Origin: an uncultured Methanoregulaceae archaeon
GTDB lineage: Archaea; Halobacteriota; Methanomicrobia; Methanomicrobiales; Methanospirillaceae
NCBI GenBank assembly: GCA_963717525.1
Contig: OY970343.1
Span: forward strand, 736,001-800,000
Reading direction: 5' to 3'
DNA: 64,000 nucleotides
Part shown: positions 63,628 to 64,000 of the stretch, piece after piece
Position numbering within the stretch: the first letter of the stretch is position 1
How the letters are laid out: every line of letters starts with the position of its first letter
The notes under the pieces: model-generated
The model's input: only the letters and a program-made list of their open reading frames with translations
Database searches by the model: none
What the model was told of the DNA's origin: nothing
Program-made: the position numbers and the translations under genes

Positions 63628-64000
63628 GGCCCAGGGCTTTTTTCATGTTCTCGATACGCTCCCGGAGCGCTTTTACGAGCATCTCATTTTCGAAATGGGA
63701 GAGCGGCTGGTTGCAGTTCGGGCATGTGAAATCATCTCCCATGGCCCGGGTAAAGGTATAGATATCGTGGCATTCCTTGCAGATGTAAAAATCGTTCTCT
63801 TCCTCGAACTGCGCCCGGTGTTCGAGTTTGCCAAGGACCAGTTCCATGTCATCGCGGATGGCATCGTGGATATGATCGATCCGGAGCTGCCAGAGGTAGG
63901 TCAGCCAGCCGGTCTCGTTATTCTTGATCCTGTGGTATTCGGCAAGCCGTTTTTCGTACAGGGTATAGAGCGTGTGACGCACGGAGTTTAAGTTGATCCC
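63620..64000 (-). CDS. tfe: Transcription factor E alpha (5'-partial)
   Basis: VRHTLYTLYE..GWLTYLW winged helix plus Zn ribbon CKEC..FTCPNC. Confidence 0.9.
   Translation of the reverse strand, partial: GINLNSVRHTLYTLYEKRLAEYHRIKNNETGWLTYLWQLRIDHIHDAIRDDMELVLGKLEHRAQFEEENDFYICKECHDIYTFTRAMGDDFTCPNCNQPLSHFENEMLVKALRERIENMKKALGHA

Overview
Chromosomal segment of a methanogenic archaeon, most likely Methanomicrobiales (Methanoregula-like). The evidence is archaellum/CheF chemotaxis genes, archaeosine genes, FmdE, HypD, TFE, an archaeal RNase P RNA and tRNAs without encoded CCA. In order, the window holds: the end of an archaellum/chemotaxis operon (arlJ, membrane protein, cheF, cheY, cheB, cheA, cheC, cheD, beta-propeller); a ribosome recycling/rescue cluster (ABCE1 and an EMC6-like/PKD gene, divergent from rqc2-pelota); FKBP, CYTH, metallophosphoesterase and radical SAM genes; a four-gene vWA/PP2C/kinase/HEAT (TerY-P-like) operon; a three-gene NAD(P) transhydrogenase; arcS-tgtA-AMMECR1; RNase P RNA; metabolic genes; tRNA-Arg(CCG) and tRNA-Thr(GGT); Yip1, ABC, TetR and AKR genes; mgtA; an AT-rich mosaic region (about 53.6-62.2 kb) next to tRNA-Leu(GAG) with a Rep/ATPase chimera, a DUF3467 cassette, an ArsC-Trx fusion, two-component genes and a MITE; then ACT, HD and TFE genes. 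About 15 small frameshifts, some in essential genes, indicate indel errors in the assembly. The main unexplained signals are non-coding: a dispersed family of GC-rich structured elements with a compensatory base change and a shared terminal motif (22.9, 30.9, 41.1 kb), a second dispersed repeat with about 32-bp periodicity (30.7, 54.1 kb), and a degenerate tRNA-Thr half in the leader of tRNA-Thr. All protein calls come from motif recognition, not database searches.
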